This document shows positions 40,536 to 51,749 of a DNA stretch of 64,000 bases, piece by piece. Where the stretch lies: contig CM059432.1 in assembly GCA_030390025.1 (NCBI GenBank), forward strand, positions 112,966,001-113,030,000. The letters are read 5' to 3'. The translations under genes and the position numbers were made by a program. The stretch's first letter is position 1; the number at the start of each line of letters is the position of its first letter. Below the pieces are notes generated by a model, which saw only the letters and a program-made list of their open reading frames with translations, was not told the DNA's origin and did no database searches. The DNA is from Squalus acanthias. Lineage: Eukaryota.

Positions 40536-41120
40536 CATAGAATCATACAGCACAGAAGGAGGCCATTCGGCCCATTGTGCCTGTGCTGGCTCTTCAAAAG
40601 AGCTCTCCAATTAGTCCCACTCCCCCTGCTCTTTCCCCATAGTACTGCAAACATTTCCTTTACAAGGATCTATCCAGTTCCCTTTTGAAAGTTACCCTGA
40701 ATCTACTTCCACCACCCTTTCAGGCAGTCCATTCCAGTCCATAAGAACTCACTGCATAGAATAATTCTCCTCATCTCCCCACTGGTCCTTTTGCCAACTA
40801 TCTTAAATCTGTGTCCTCTCGTTACCAACCCTTCTGCCAGTGGAAGCAGCTTCTCCTTATCTACTCTATCAAAACCTTGCTCTGCTCTAAGGAGAACAAT
40901 CCCAGCTTCTCCAGTCTCTCCACATAACTGAAGTCCCTCATCCCTGGTACTATTCCAGTAAATCTCCTCTGCGCCCTCTCCAAGGCCTTGACATCCTTCC
41001 TAAAATGTGGTGCCCAGGATTGGACACAATACTTGTTTTATAAATGTTTAGCATAACTTCTTTGCTTTTTTACTCTATGCCTCTATTTATAAAGCCAAGC
41101 ATCCCATATTCTTTTATTAA
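40536..41120 (-). mobile_element. CR1 LINE 3' fragment with internal deletions
   Basis: Tail CATAGAATCATACAGCACAGAAGGAGGCC; colinear with the RT C-terminus of the other CR1 copies. Confidence 0.85.
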
Positions 41121-43727
41121 CATGCTCATGGTAGTTTTGTCTATTGATTGCTTCCCCCGAACCAGGGACCAAAAAACTCATGTAATGATCCACCTACCCA
41201 AAGCCAATTGTAAAAATACATTTGTGGTGTTCTGCTAAAGAGTTAAAGAGTTAAATATTACAAGTTAGCTATCTTGGTGCAAGGCTTTGTTCAGTCACAG
41301 GTAGATTGGACAGATGGGTACAGAGGTCAGTGCACCCAATTTGTAGCCTTCCTATTTTTTCAGTTATTCATTTTAATTTTAAATTAATCCATAATACAGA
41401 AATTCTCTTTGACACAGGATGAAACTCTACTTTTACCACTCAAGGCTTATGTTAAGAGGTAAGCAAGGCCCCTGTCTTGCCTCTTAAGTTTGATCTCCTG
41501 TATTGGACGTCAAACACTAAATTCTACATTCTCCCAAGTATGCCTTCAGCAATCTTCTCTGTCAACTGGCAAGTACAACAAAAGCTTGGCAGCTGCCATT
41601 TTCCCTGTCAATGAATGGTTATATGGGAAAAGATATATTTATGTTCATAGTTTAATGCAAATGAAGGATGGCATGTTCTCAAGCTCACGGCAATGGATTA
41701 AGCCACCAAAGATTGAGCCAACCATGCACAGATGTCTGATCTGGGCTCTCTCTGAAAAGGAAAGAATCACTGCAGTAATTAGAAGAAGTGATTACTACAA
41801 AAGTACTCTGTTAATGCACTGGTTGCTCACACATTCTGCTGTGAAGTCACTCAGGGCTTCACATCTCCAACTTCCAAACTGCTGAATCTACCTTATAATG
41901 ATGAAACGCTGTTTGGTGAACTGGCGGATGAGATTTTTGAAGACCGACAGCTATCCCAGGATATGGCTGACCACCAAAGGTAACCGCACCTCATGATCTG
42001 CAGCACACCCACTTACAAACCAAAGTAAAGTCAATTACAGTTTCTAAATCATTTCATAAGAACATAAGAATTAGGAGCAGGAGTAGGCCATTTGGCTGTT
42101 CGAGCCTGCTCCACCATTCAATAAGATCATGGCTGATCTTCTATCTCATCTGGGATAGAGAATTCCAAAGATTCACAACCCTTTGAGTGAAGAAATTTCT
42201 CCTCATCTCAGTCTCCAGGGAGCTGGCCTCCGAGCTACCCTTTCCCCCTGCCCTGCCTGCAGCTCACTTAAACCCGGTGACTCACCACGTGCAGATCCCG
42301 CCTCTATACTATCCTCCAAAGTACGTGCAGTGCCATTTTCTGAGCTAGTGTCTGCGAGTGTCAGATGCAGTGCCGATGTGTCTTCTTCTTTTCCTCCATC
42401 ACTCTCCTCCTCCAGAACTTCAGGGAATCTGAACTGCCATGAAATGCACAAGCATCAGGTTGTGGTGATTGGAGGAGGGGGGAAAGCAAGATATCCATGC
42501 GTGCACCATCAGCAGCTTGTAAGTGAGAAGAGATTGTGGGATGAGGAGGAAGTGGGATGTGAGAAGAAGGATTAGGTATGAGCATACTGTCATCATCAGC
42601 CACATCCCTGCTCACCGCGGACTCTGTCACTGCCCCTCCAATTATTCCGAGCACTGCTTCCTCCAGGTCCATCAGGTTCTTAATTCTGGCTTACCCTCCA
42701 CCCGTCTGCTGGTGCTCCTGATGGTTGTGTGCCACCTTGGCCTGCAAGATGGGGGGATGTGTGTCAGTGAGTGTGGTGCAATGTTTTTAAGAACATAGGA
42801 ACATAAGAAATAGGAGCAGGAGTAGACCATTTGGCCCTTCGAGCCTGCTCCGCCATTCAATAAGATCATGGCTGATCTTCTACCTGATCTCCACTTTCCT
42901 GCACTATCCCCATATCCCTTGATTCCCTTAATATTCAAAAATCTACCAATCTCTGTCTTGAATATACTCAACAACTGATACTTCACAGCCCTCTGGGGTA
43001 GAGAATTCCAAAGATTCACCACCCTCTGAGTGAAGAAATTTCTCCTCATCTCAGTCCTAAATGGCCGACCCCTTATTCTGAGACTGTGACCCCTGGTCCT
43101 AGATTCCCCAGCCTCCCTGCATCTACCCTGTCAAGCCCTGTAAGAATTTTATATATTTCAATGAGATCATCTCTCATTCTTCAAAAATCTAGACAATATA
43201 GGCCTAGTCTACTCAATCTCTCCTCATAGGACAATCCCCCATTCCAAGAACCAGTCTGGTGAACCTATGTTGCACTCCCTCTATGGCAAGTATATCTTTC
43301 CTTAGGTAAGGAGACCAAAACCGTACACAGTACTCCAGGTGTGGTCTCACCAGGGCCCTATATAATTGCAGTAAGATGTCTTTACACTTATACTCAAATC
43401 CTCTTGTAATAAAGGCCAACATACCATTTGCTTTCTTAATTGCTTGCTGTACCTGCATGTTAACTTTCAGTGATTCTTGTACAAGGACACTCAGGTCCCT
43501 CTGAACACCAACATTTCCCAATCTCTCACCATTTAAAAAATACTCTGATTTTCTATTTTTCCAACCAAAGTGGATAACTTCACATTTCTCCACATTATAT
43601 TCCATTTGCCATATTCTTACCCACTCACTTAGCCTGTCTATATCCCCTTGAAGCCTCCTTGCATCCTCCTCACAACTTACATTCCCACCCAGCTTTGTAT
43701 CATCAGCAAATTTTGGATATATTACAT

Positions 43728-44861
43728 TGTGAAGGAATAAGCCATATAACCTATTCAGAAAAATACACAATTTTATGAAAGTATTCTGGCCTTATTAAAA
43801 CATGACAAACTGGGTTTGGAAATCTGGAAGCCTCAACAATCTAAAGCTGTTACAGCTTTCTGGCTATAGAGATAAGATAGTTATTGACACTGAATCAATA
43901 ACCTTATTGAAACAGAAGGTTAAAGGCTCCTAACAGTCTGAATCTTTGGGAGCAGACAATGGTACACCCTGTACAAGGTGTTCTAATTTACACTTCGTAA
44001 AAAGGCACAAACAGAAGGCCTTAATAAAAATGACATCAAATGAAATGCACCTGCTGTTACACCATTTTTTATGGTAAGCTTCGAACACCTAGAGGAGAGA
44101 CACGAGTCTGTATTGCTACCAGCTGAGGTGACTAAGAATTGCAGAAGTCAGCAGAAAAATGATTAGAGATAATTAGCTTACATCAACAGAAAACCTTAAA
44201 GGGAATACCACTGGAAAAGGGTACAAATATTGAGCTCTCAAATGGGATAATAGATTCGCTGTAAAGGGACAAAGCGATTCTCAGGCTTCAGAGGCAGCTC
44301 TGTAAGTCTCCAACTCTTTGTACCTCGGGGATCAAAAGGTACTGTATTTGATTTTGGTGGATATCCTGAATAAGACTAAGAACTGTAAAACTGTAGTGAA
44401 GTTAAGATTTGAGAATAAGGATCTCTGATAAGAATGTAAAGCTTTCTGTTTTTGGAACTGTTAATGTTGCGATTGACTCACCAACTGTAAATTACATGTT
44501 GGTTCTTTAATAAATCTATATATTTTTAGAATTGTCTCACATAATACTTCTGTATCAAACTCGCAAACTCAATCTCTGTACGCTCTTTGCTGAGGAGTTG
44601 CAGAATTCTGGGGGAGTTTTCCGGACCCTCATAATATCTGGAACATTACAGTCTAGCTAAACTTATTAAAAGTGCTATCTGGAGGACGGTAACATTTTCA
44701 GGTTGTTCCTTTCCTTTAGGGAAAGATAGTCCGGACCTTTAGACCCAATTAAGCGTCTTTAGGATTCGGCTACCTCAAACTTTAGTTGAAAGTGAACGTC
44801 TGAGGAATACATCTGATCTGGGGTAGCCCTAAAGGGACTAGGACTAGTGATTATCCCTTCA
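43728..44861. mobile_element. Solo LTR (1134 bp; Gypsy or ERV type)
   Basis: TG...CA termini with inverted ends TGTGAAGGAATAA / TTATCCCTTCA, 4-bp TSD ACAT, flanks rejoin the CR1 RT; AATAAA at 44509. Confidence 0.85.
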
Positions 44862-46097
44862 ACATTTGGTCCCCTCATCCAAATCATTGATGTAGATTGT
44901 GAATAGCTGAGGCCCAAGCACTGATCCTTGTGGTACCCCACTAGTTACAGCCTGCCAACCCGAAAATGACCCGTTTATTCCTACTCTCTGTTTTCTGTCC
45001 ATTAACCAATCCTCAATCCATCTTATCGAATGCATTCTGAAAATCCAAATACATCACATCCACTGGTTCCCCCTTATCTATTCTGCTAGTTACAACCTCA
45101 AAAAATTCTAACAGATTCGTCAAACACGATTTCCCTTCCATAAATCCGTGTTGACTCTGCCCAATCCTATTATTATTTTCTAAGTGCCCTGTTACCACGT
45201 CCTTAATAATAGATCCTAGTATTTTCCCTACTACTGGTGTCAGGCTAACTGGTCTGTAGTTCCCCGTTTTCTCTCTCCCTCCTTTCTTAAATAATGGGGT
45301 TACATTTGCCACCTTCCAATCCGCGGGAACCATTCTAGAATCAATGGAATTTTGGAAGATGACAACCAATGCATCTACTATCTCTATAGCCACCTCTTTC
45401 AAATCCCAAGAGATTTATCGGCTTTCAGTCCCATTAGTTTCTCCAGTACTATTTTTTTCACTAATACTAATTTCTTTCAATTCCTCATTCTTGCTAGAGC
45501 CTTGGTTCTCCACTGTTTCCGGGAAGTTTTTGTGTCTTCTTCCGTGAAGACAGACACAAAGGGTTCGATTTTAATGGCCTTGAGGAGGCGGATCTGGAGG
45601 TGGGTTGGCAGCAAAAATCAGAAAAAATGGCTTCAGACACCCAACCCACCTCCATCCCACCCCCACCCGATTTTTGTGAGTGTCTGTTCAGCCGCTCCCA
45701 AACTGACTCGACTGGATCCGTTGGGACAGGTAGTTAAGGCAGTTAAGAGCCTGTTAACTGCCTTGCTAATTCTATTTTGATAGTGGTTTCCCATTTTCGT
45801 GCTTCTGGCTCCTGTTTCCTGACTAGTCAGAAACAGGCCAACTGCAAGGAGACGAGTTTCTCGAGGACATGATTTGTAGTCATTGGTGCAGCAGTTTAAA
45901 AGTGCTCCTGTAACATGGCTGACATTCAAATGCAACAACCCTGTTGTTGAAGGTTTGGGATAAGATTTAACAAATCTATTCACCTTCAGTGTTCAAGCTG
46001 ACAGTCATCTACAGTGTGACCTGATAGGAATAATTTCAGGCCATTTCTAGTGTGCGCTTGCAAGCTTCTTGCCTCAAATGAAATCTATAGCTATGGG

Positions 46098-47297
46098 ATG
46101 GGAAACAATTACACCCTCTCATCCTGGTCGTCAGATTCGGAGGAAGAGCAGCACCACAACCAGCCACAACAGCAGAACCAGCACCAGGAGCGCCAACCTT
46201 CTCCTCACCCACCTGATGATGCACAGGGCAGAGGGCCACAGCACAGAGTTGCACCTCGCCGCAGGAGATATCCCCAACACAGGGATTACAGGCAGAGGGT
46301 CAGCTTCCTCAGCATAACTGAGCAGCAGTGCCAAAGGAGGCTGAGACTTTAGAGAGAGGTAGTCGCTGACATCTGCACAATGCTGCACCAATACCTGGAG
46401 CCCAGAGGAGCGGGTGGACGCTCCTTACCAGTGGCTGTCAAAGTCACCACCGCACTCAACTTCTTTGCTTCGGGCTCCTTCCAGGGATCAGCTGCAGAAA
46501 TCAGCGGCATTTCCCAGTCGGCCGCGCACACCTACAGTACGCAGGTCACCAATGCCCTCTTTGCAAAGGTCCACAATTATAGCCACTTCTCCACGGATGG
46601 CCCAAGTGTGCCAATATGGCAGGCTTGCCAATAGTGCAGGGCGTCATAGACTGCACACATGTAGCCATTAGGGCCCCCTATCACAACCCAGCTGTATTTG
46701 TCAACCACAAGGGATTCCACTCCCTGAACGTCCAGCTGGTGTGTAACCACCGGAAGATCATAATGCATGTTTGCGCAAAGTACCCTGGCAGTTGCCATAA
46801 CTCCTTCATCCTGCGCCAGTCTACTGTGCCTCAGCTCTTCCATCCGCCAAACCAACTTTCCGGATGGCTTCTTGGCGACAAGGGACTATCCCCTGAAAAA
46901 GTGGCTCATGACACCGATGAGGAGGCCATCAAACGAAGCTGAGGAGCGGTACAATGTGAGTCACATTTCCACCAGCAGCATCACAGAGCAAACCATCGGC
47001 ATGCTCAAAATGCGCTTCCGATGCCTCGACAGATCTGGAGGAGCCTTGCAATGTGCACCAGCCAGGGTGTCCAGAATCGTCGTGGTCTGCTGTGCCCTGC
47101 ACAACATCGCACAGCAGCGTGGCTTAGTGCTGCCGCATGAACAAGTGACTCAGCGCACAGCCTCCTCGGAGGAAGAGGATGAGGATGAGGACGGGGAGCG
47201 ACTCTTTGCGGGGCCAGATGTGGCCAATCCAGCAGCAGGCGAACACATTGCTGGGCGTCAGGCAAGGGATGCACTCATCCATGCCAGATTCACGTAA
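46098..47297 (+). pseudogene. Harbinger DDE transposase (HARBI1-like), one stop and two frameshifts
   Basis: [82 protein letters not shown]. Confidence 0.95.
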
Positions 47298-47469
47298 GCT
47301 TACGCTTCAACCACAGGTGGCTGGCACATGGAGATGAATATAAGTCCGACATCCTCAAAACCCCAGGCATCATCTGTCTACTAAAGCGCTCAGTGTCACC
47401 ACCAACATTCTACATGGCATTCGCCCTGAGCCCTCACTCTTGAACTTCCATTTCCCAGAATACAGAGGC

Positions 47470-47714
47470 CACACATTAGGTGATCTCAGCAGATCATTAA
47501 ACCTTTTTCGACACTGAACCCATGTGCGTCTGCACACAGACCTCGAGCTCACCTCCTCAGCAATTTGCAGCCAAACTGCCTTGGTTTGCTGAGGAGGCCT
47601 CCTCCTTCCATTTCCAGGGAACAGGAGCTCCTGACATCCTTTAACTCCCTCAACAAGAGCATGGAGCGAGCCTTCATTGAACCTGGCTGCAGCCTTAGTT
47701 TTTGGGGCTGCCAT
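47470..47714 (-). pseudogene. Harbinger Myb/SANT-like (trihelix) DNA-binding protein, N-terminal domain only
   Basis: MAAPKTKAAARFNEGSLHALVEGV...LFP...WLQIAEEVSSRSVCRRTWVQCRKRFNDL. Confidence 0.9.
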
Positions 47715-48102
47715 TCCTGCAGCAGCCAGCACCTTTAAGAGAAAAAAGCATTAATTTTACTAAGCAAATGATTGGAACACATCTGGCATATTTTTCATTT
47801 CTTAGTCACATACTACATTGATAGATAAAAAAATCATAAATGTCTTTCTGGAATAATATGACCAGCAATTTCATTCAATTATTTGTGTTCACACCAGCTG
47901 CTGTCAACTCCCCTTTCTAGATAATACAGCACCAAGCCATTCCAGTTACATTTTTTGCAAAGGGGACATGGCCCCTTTAAATTTTTACTCCAAAAACGCG
48001 TCATCAGACACGAGAAACTGACATGCTCCAAGCAATTGCCTCGAGGGACCCGCCCGTTGGCCATAACAAGGCCAATCAAGCAAAAATCGAAACTGCGGGC
48101 TG

Positions 48103-49025
48103 GCACAAAGCTGGGTGGGAGTGTGTGCTGCGAGGAGGATACCGAGAAACTCCAGGATGATTTGGACAGGTTGGGTGAGTGGGCAGAAGCATGGCAGATG
48201 CAATATAACGTGGATAAATGCGAGGTTATCCACTTTGGTGTCAAAAACAGAAAGGCAGACTACTATCTGAACGGCAATAGATTGGGAGAAGGGGAAGTGC
48301 AACGAGACCTGGGTGTCCTTGTGCACCAGTCGCTGAAAGTAAGCATGCAGGTGCAGCGGGCGGTGAAGAAGGCAAATGGTATGTTGGCCTTCATAGCGAG
48401 AGGGTTTGAGTACAGGAACAAGGATGTCCTGCTGCAGTTGTACAGGGCCTTGTTGAGATCACACCTTGAGTACTGTGTGCAGTTTTGGTCGCCTTATCTG
48501 AGGAAGGATGTTCTTGCCATGGAAGGAGTTCAGCGAAGATTCACAAGGCTGATACCTGGGATGGCAGGAATAACATATGAGGAGAGATTGGGTCGATTGG
48601 GCTTATACTCACTGGAGTATAGAAGAATGAGAGGGGATCTCATCGAAACATATAAAATTCTGACAGGTCTGGACAAACTAGATGCAGGAAGAATGTTCCC
48701 GATGGTCGGAGAGTCCAGAACCAGGGGTCATAATCTAAGGATAAGGGGTAAGCCATTTAGGACAGAAATGAGGAAGAATTTCTTCACCCAGAGAGTGGTG
48801 AACCTGTGGAATTCTCTACCACAGAAGGTAGTTGAGGCCAAGTCATTAAATATATTCAAGAATGAGTTAAATATATTTCTTGAAGCTAAAGGTATCAAGG
48901 GATATGGGGAGAAGGCAGGTACAGGGTACTGAGTTTGGATGATCAGCCATGATCTCATCGAATGGCGGAGCAGGCTCAAGGGGCCGAATAGCCTACTCCT
49001 GCTCCTATCTTCTATGTTTCTATGT
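48103..49025 (+). mobile_element. Young 5'-truncated CR1 LINE with uninterrupted RT C-terminal frame
   Basis: Open from TKLGG to the stop at 48932; tail TCTATGTTTCTATGT. Confidence 0.95.
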
Positions 49026-50890
49026 TAATTTCTCTGCCATTTCCTTATTTCCCATTATAATTTCTCCTGTCTCAGCCTGTAAGGGACCCACATTTACTTT
49101 TGCTAAACTTTTCCTTTTTACATACCTATAGAAGCTTTTACAGTCTGTTTTTATGTCTCTCGCTAGTTTACTCTCATACTATTTTCCCTTTCTTTATCAA
49201 TTTCTTGGTCCTCCTTTGCTGAATTCTAAAATCCTCCCAATCCTCGGGCTTACTGCTTTTTTTTGGCAACATTATAAGCCTCTTCCTTTGATCTAATACT
49301 ACCTTTAACTTCTCTTGTTAGCCACGGTTGGACCACTTTTCCATGTGGGGTTTTTGTGCCTTAAAGGAATGTATATTTGTTGTAAATTATATATTAATTC
49401 TTTAAATGCTAGCCATTGCTTCTCTACTGTCATACCTTTTAATGTAGTTTCCCAAACTACCTTAGCCAACTCGCCTCTCATACCTACGTAGTATGCTTTG
49501 TTTAGATTTAAGACCCTAGTTTCAGATTTAACTAAATCACTTTCAAACTCAAGGTAAAATGTTATCATATTATGGTCACTCTTCCCTAAAGGCCCTTTTA
49601 CTATAAGGTTATGAATTAACCCTTTCTCATTGCACAATACTAGATCTAAAATAGCCGGTTCCCTAGTTGGTTCCTAAACATACTGATCTAGAAAACCATC
49701 TTGTATACATTCCATGAATTCGTCCTCCACACTATTACTGCAAATTTGGTTTGCCCAGTCTATATGTAGATTAAAGTCCCCCATAATTACTGTATTATCC
49801 TTGTTACATGCACCTCTAATTTCCTGATTTATATTCTGCCCTACATTACAACTACTGTTTGGGGCCTATAAACAACTCCCACCAATGTTTTCTGCCCCTT
49901 GCTGTTTCTTAGCTCCACCCAAACTGATTCTACTTCTTGATTTTCGGAGCTAAGATCCTTTCTCTCTACTGTCTTTATCCCATCCTTTATTATCAGGGCT
50001 ACCCCGCCTCCTTTTCCATTTTGCCTACCTCTTCTAAAAGTTAAGTATCTTGGAATATTTAGTTCCCAACCTTGGCCATTTTGCAACCACGTCTCCGTAA
50101 CGGCTATTAGATCAAACCTGGGTGATGTGCCTTCCATAGTTGAATAGCTGCCAGTGTGTGCAAGGTGTGAGATGTGGGTGTAAGTGTTGCAGCAGTGGTA
50201 AGGTTGTGAGAGTGAAGTGAAGCTATGATTGTGAGGTGTGAGTGGTGATAGGTAGAGATTGTTGGTAGGTGAGTGCTGGGGGTGTGGTACATTGAGCAGT
50301 GTGTGAGGCTTGTGGTGCAGATGGTGCGATATGGCATTTGCTGATGTATTCATTCACCTTGACCACTTGTGTGAGGTCATTAAACTTTTTGTGGCACTGG
50401 ATCCAGGTCCTAAGGACCACACTCGTCGCAGTGACGGCTTGAACAATCTCCTTCCAGATTCTTCTTGTGTTCAGCCTTGAAGGCCTCCTGCCCCCCTGCA
50501 GGTAGGGGACCTTATGGTGTCTTTGAACCCCCAGGACCAAGGCCTCTAGTGCCGCATCCGAAAATCTCCTCGCCCTCTCTCTTGCCTGTTGGACCATGGC
50601 TTCATCCACACTGAAAACGAATTGCTCCTGCAACAAAGCACTTCCCCTTTAAGTAGTGCAGAGAGCCGAGGCCAAATTTTATTGGCCAGTAGACTGCACC
50701 CGATATTGGCCCCCCTGTTGAGCACTAAGCCAATCAGCAGCATGTTTAGCGCTGAGATCAGCGCTTCAATCATTCTAATCAGCGGGCAGCACAAATTTTG
50801 CGTGTTGCTTGCATCACTTTGAACGGGCGCAGGCACATCGTGCTTCGTGCTGCTTGCACCCGTTTTCGGGCCTTAACCAATTTCTAGGCC

Positions 50891-51749
50891 AATTTCAATG
50901 TATTTACTCTAAATAAACACTTCATGATTTTAAACACCTCTATCAAATCTCCTCTTTGCCTTCTCTGTGCTAAGGAGAACAACCCCAGCTTCTCCAGTCC
51001 ATCCACATAACTGTATTCCCTCATCCCTGAAACCATTTTAGTAAATCTCTTCTGTATCCTCTCCAAAACCTTCATGTCCTTCCTGTAGTGTGGTGCCCAG
51101 AATTGGACACAATACCCCAGCTGGGGCTGAACCAGTGTTTTATAGAGGTTTAGCATAACTTCCAGGCTTTTGTACTCTATGCCTCTATTTATAAAGCCCT
51201 GGATCCCATCTGATTTATTAACTGCTTTGTTAACCTGCCCTGCCACCTTCAAAGATTTGTGCACAAGCCCCCAGGGCTCTCTGTTCTTGCACCACCTTTA
51301 AAATTGTACCATTTAGTGTGTATGGTCTCTCCTCATTCTTCCTACCAAAATGTATCACCTCACACATTTCTGCATTGAATTTCATCTGCCATGTGTCCGC
51401 CCATTTCACCAGCCTGTCTATGTCCTCTTGAAGTCTATCACTATCTTCCTCACTGTTTACTTCACTTACAAGTTTCATGTCATCTGCAAACTTCGAAATT
51501 GTGTCCTGTACCCAGAAGTCCAAGTCATTAATGTATATCAAAAACAGCAGTGGTCCTAGTACCAACCTCTGGGGAACTGCACTGTATACCTCCTCCAGTC
51601 CGAAAAACAGCCATTCACCACAACTCTCTGTTTTCTATCCCTTAGCCAATTTGTATCCATGCTGCTACTGGCCCTATTATCCCATGGGCTTCAATTTCGC
51701 TAACAAGCCTAATATGCGGTACTTTATCAAATGCCTTTTGAAAGACCAA
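50891..51749 (-). mobile_element. CR1 LINE RT fragment (resumes briefly at 54064-54080)
   Basis: VLGPLLFLIYINDL, KFADDMKL, WQMKFNAEMCEVIHFG. Confidence 0.9.

Larger units (their letters stand above)
45561..48100. mobile_element. PIF/Harbinger transposon with convergent transposase and Myb-like genes; right terminus missing
   Basis: Starts AAA|GGGTTCGATTTTAA inside the host CR1; two-gene layout typical of the superfamily. Confidence 0.9.
42790..50117 (-). mobile_element. Long CR1 LINE (ORF2 APE to tail) fragmented by a solo LTR, a Harbinger and a younger CR1
   Basis: FDLIAVTETWL (50100), [33 protein letters not shown] (45013-45402), KFADDTKLG (43700), tail at 42790. Confidence 0.93.
42215..50890 (-). 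mobile_element. Harbinger derivative with spliced Myb/SANT-like gene, split by nested insertions (own sequence 42215-42788 and 50118-50890)
   Basis: MVQQARERARRFSDAALEALV...WKEIVQAV...RTWIQCHKKFNDL (50360-50600) then AAG|GTGAAT donor; acidic downstream exon ~42215-42430; terminus AATTTCTAGGCC at 50890; the two halves are contiguous in the related copy at 59020-59060. Confidence 0.8.

Noticed and set aside
46098..47714. Host HARBI1/NAIF1 genes
   Set aside because: Stops and frameshifts, and located inside a CR1 with a transposon terminus; these are transposon copies.
47955..48932. Novel 325-aa protein
   Set aside because: Chance read-through from Harbinger subterminal DNA into a 5'-truncated CR1 RT; no ATG start, and it lacks the catalytic FADD motif.
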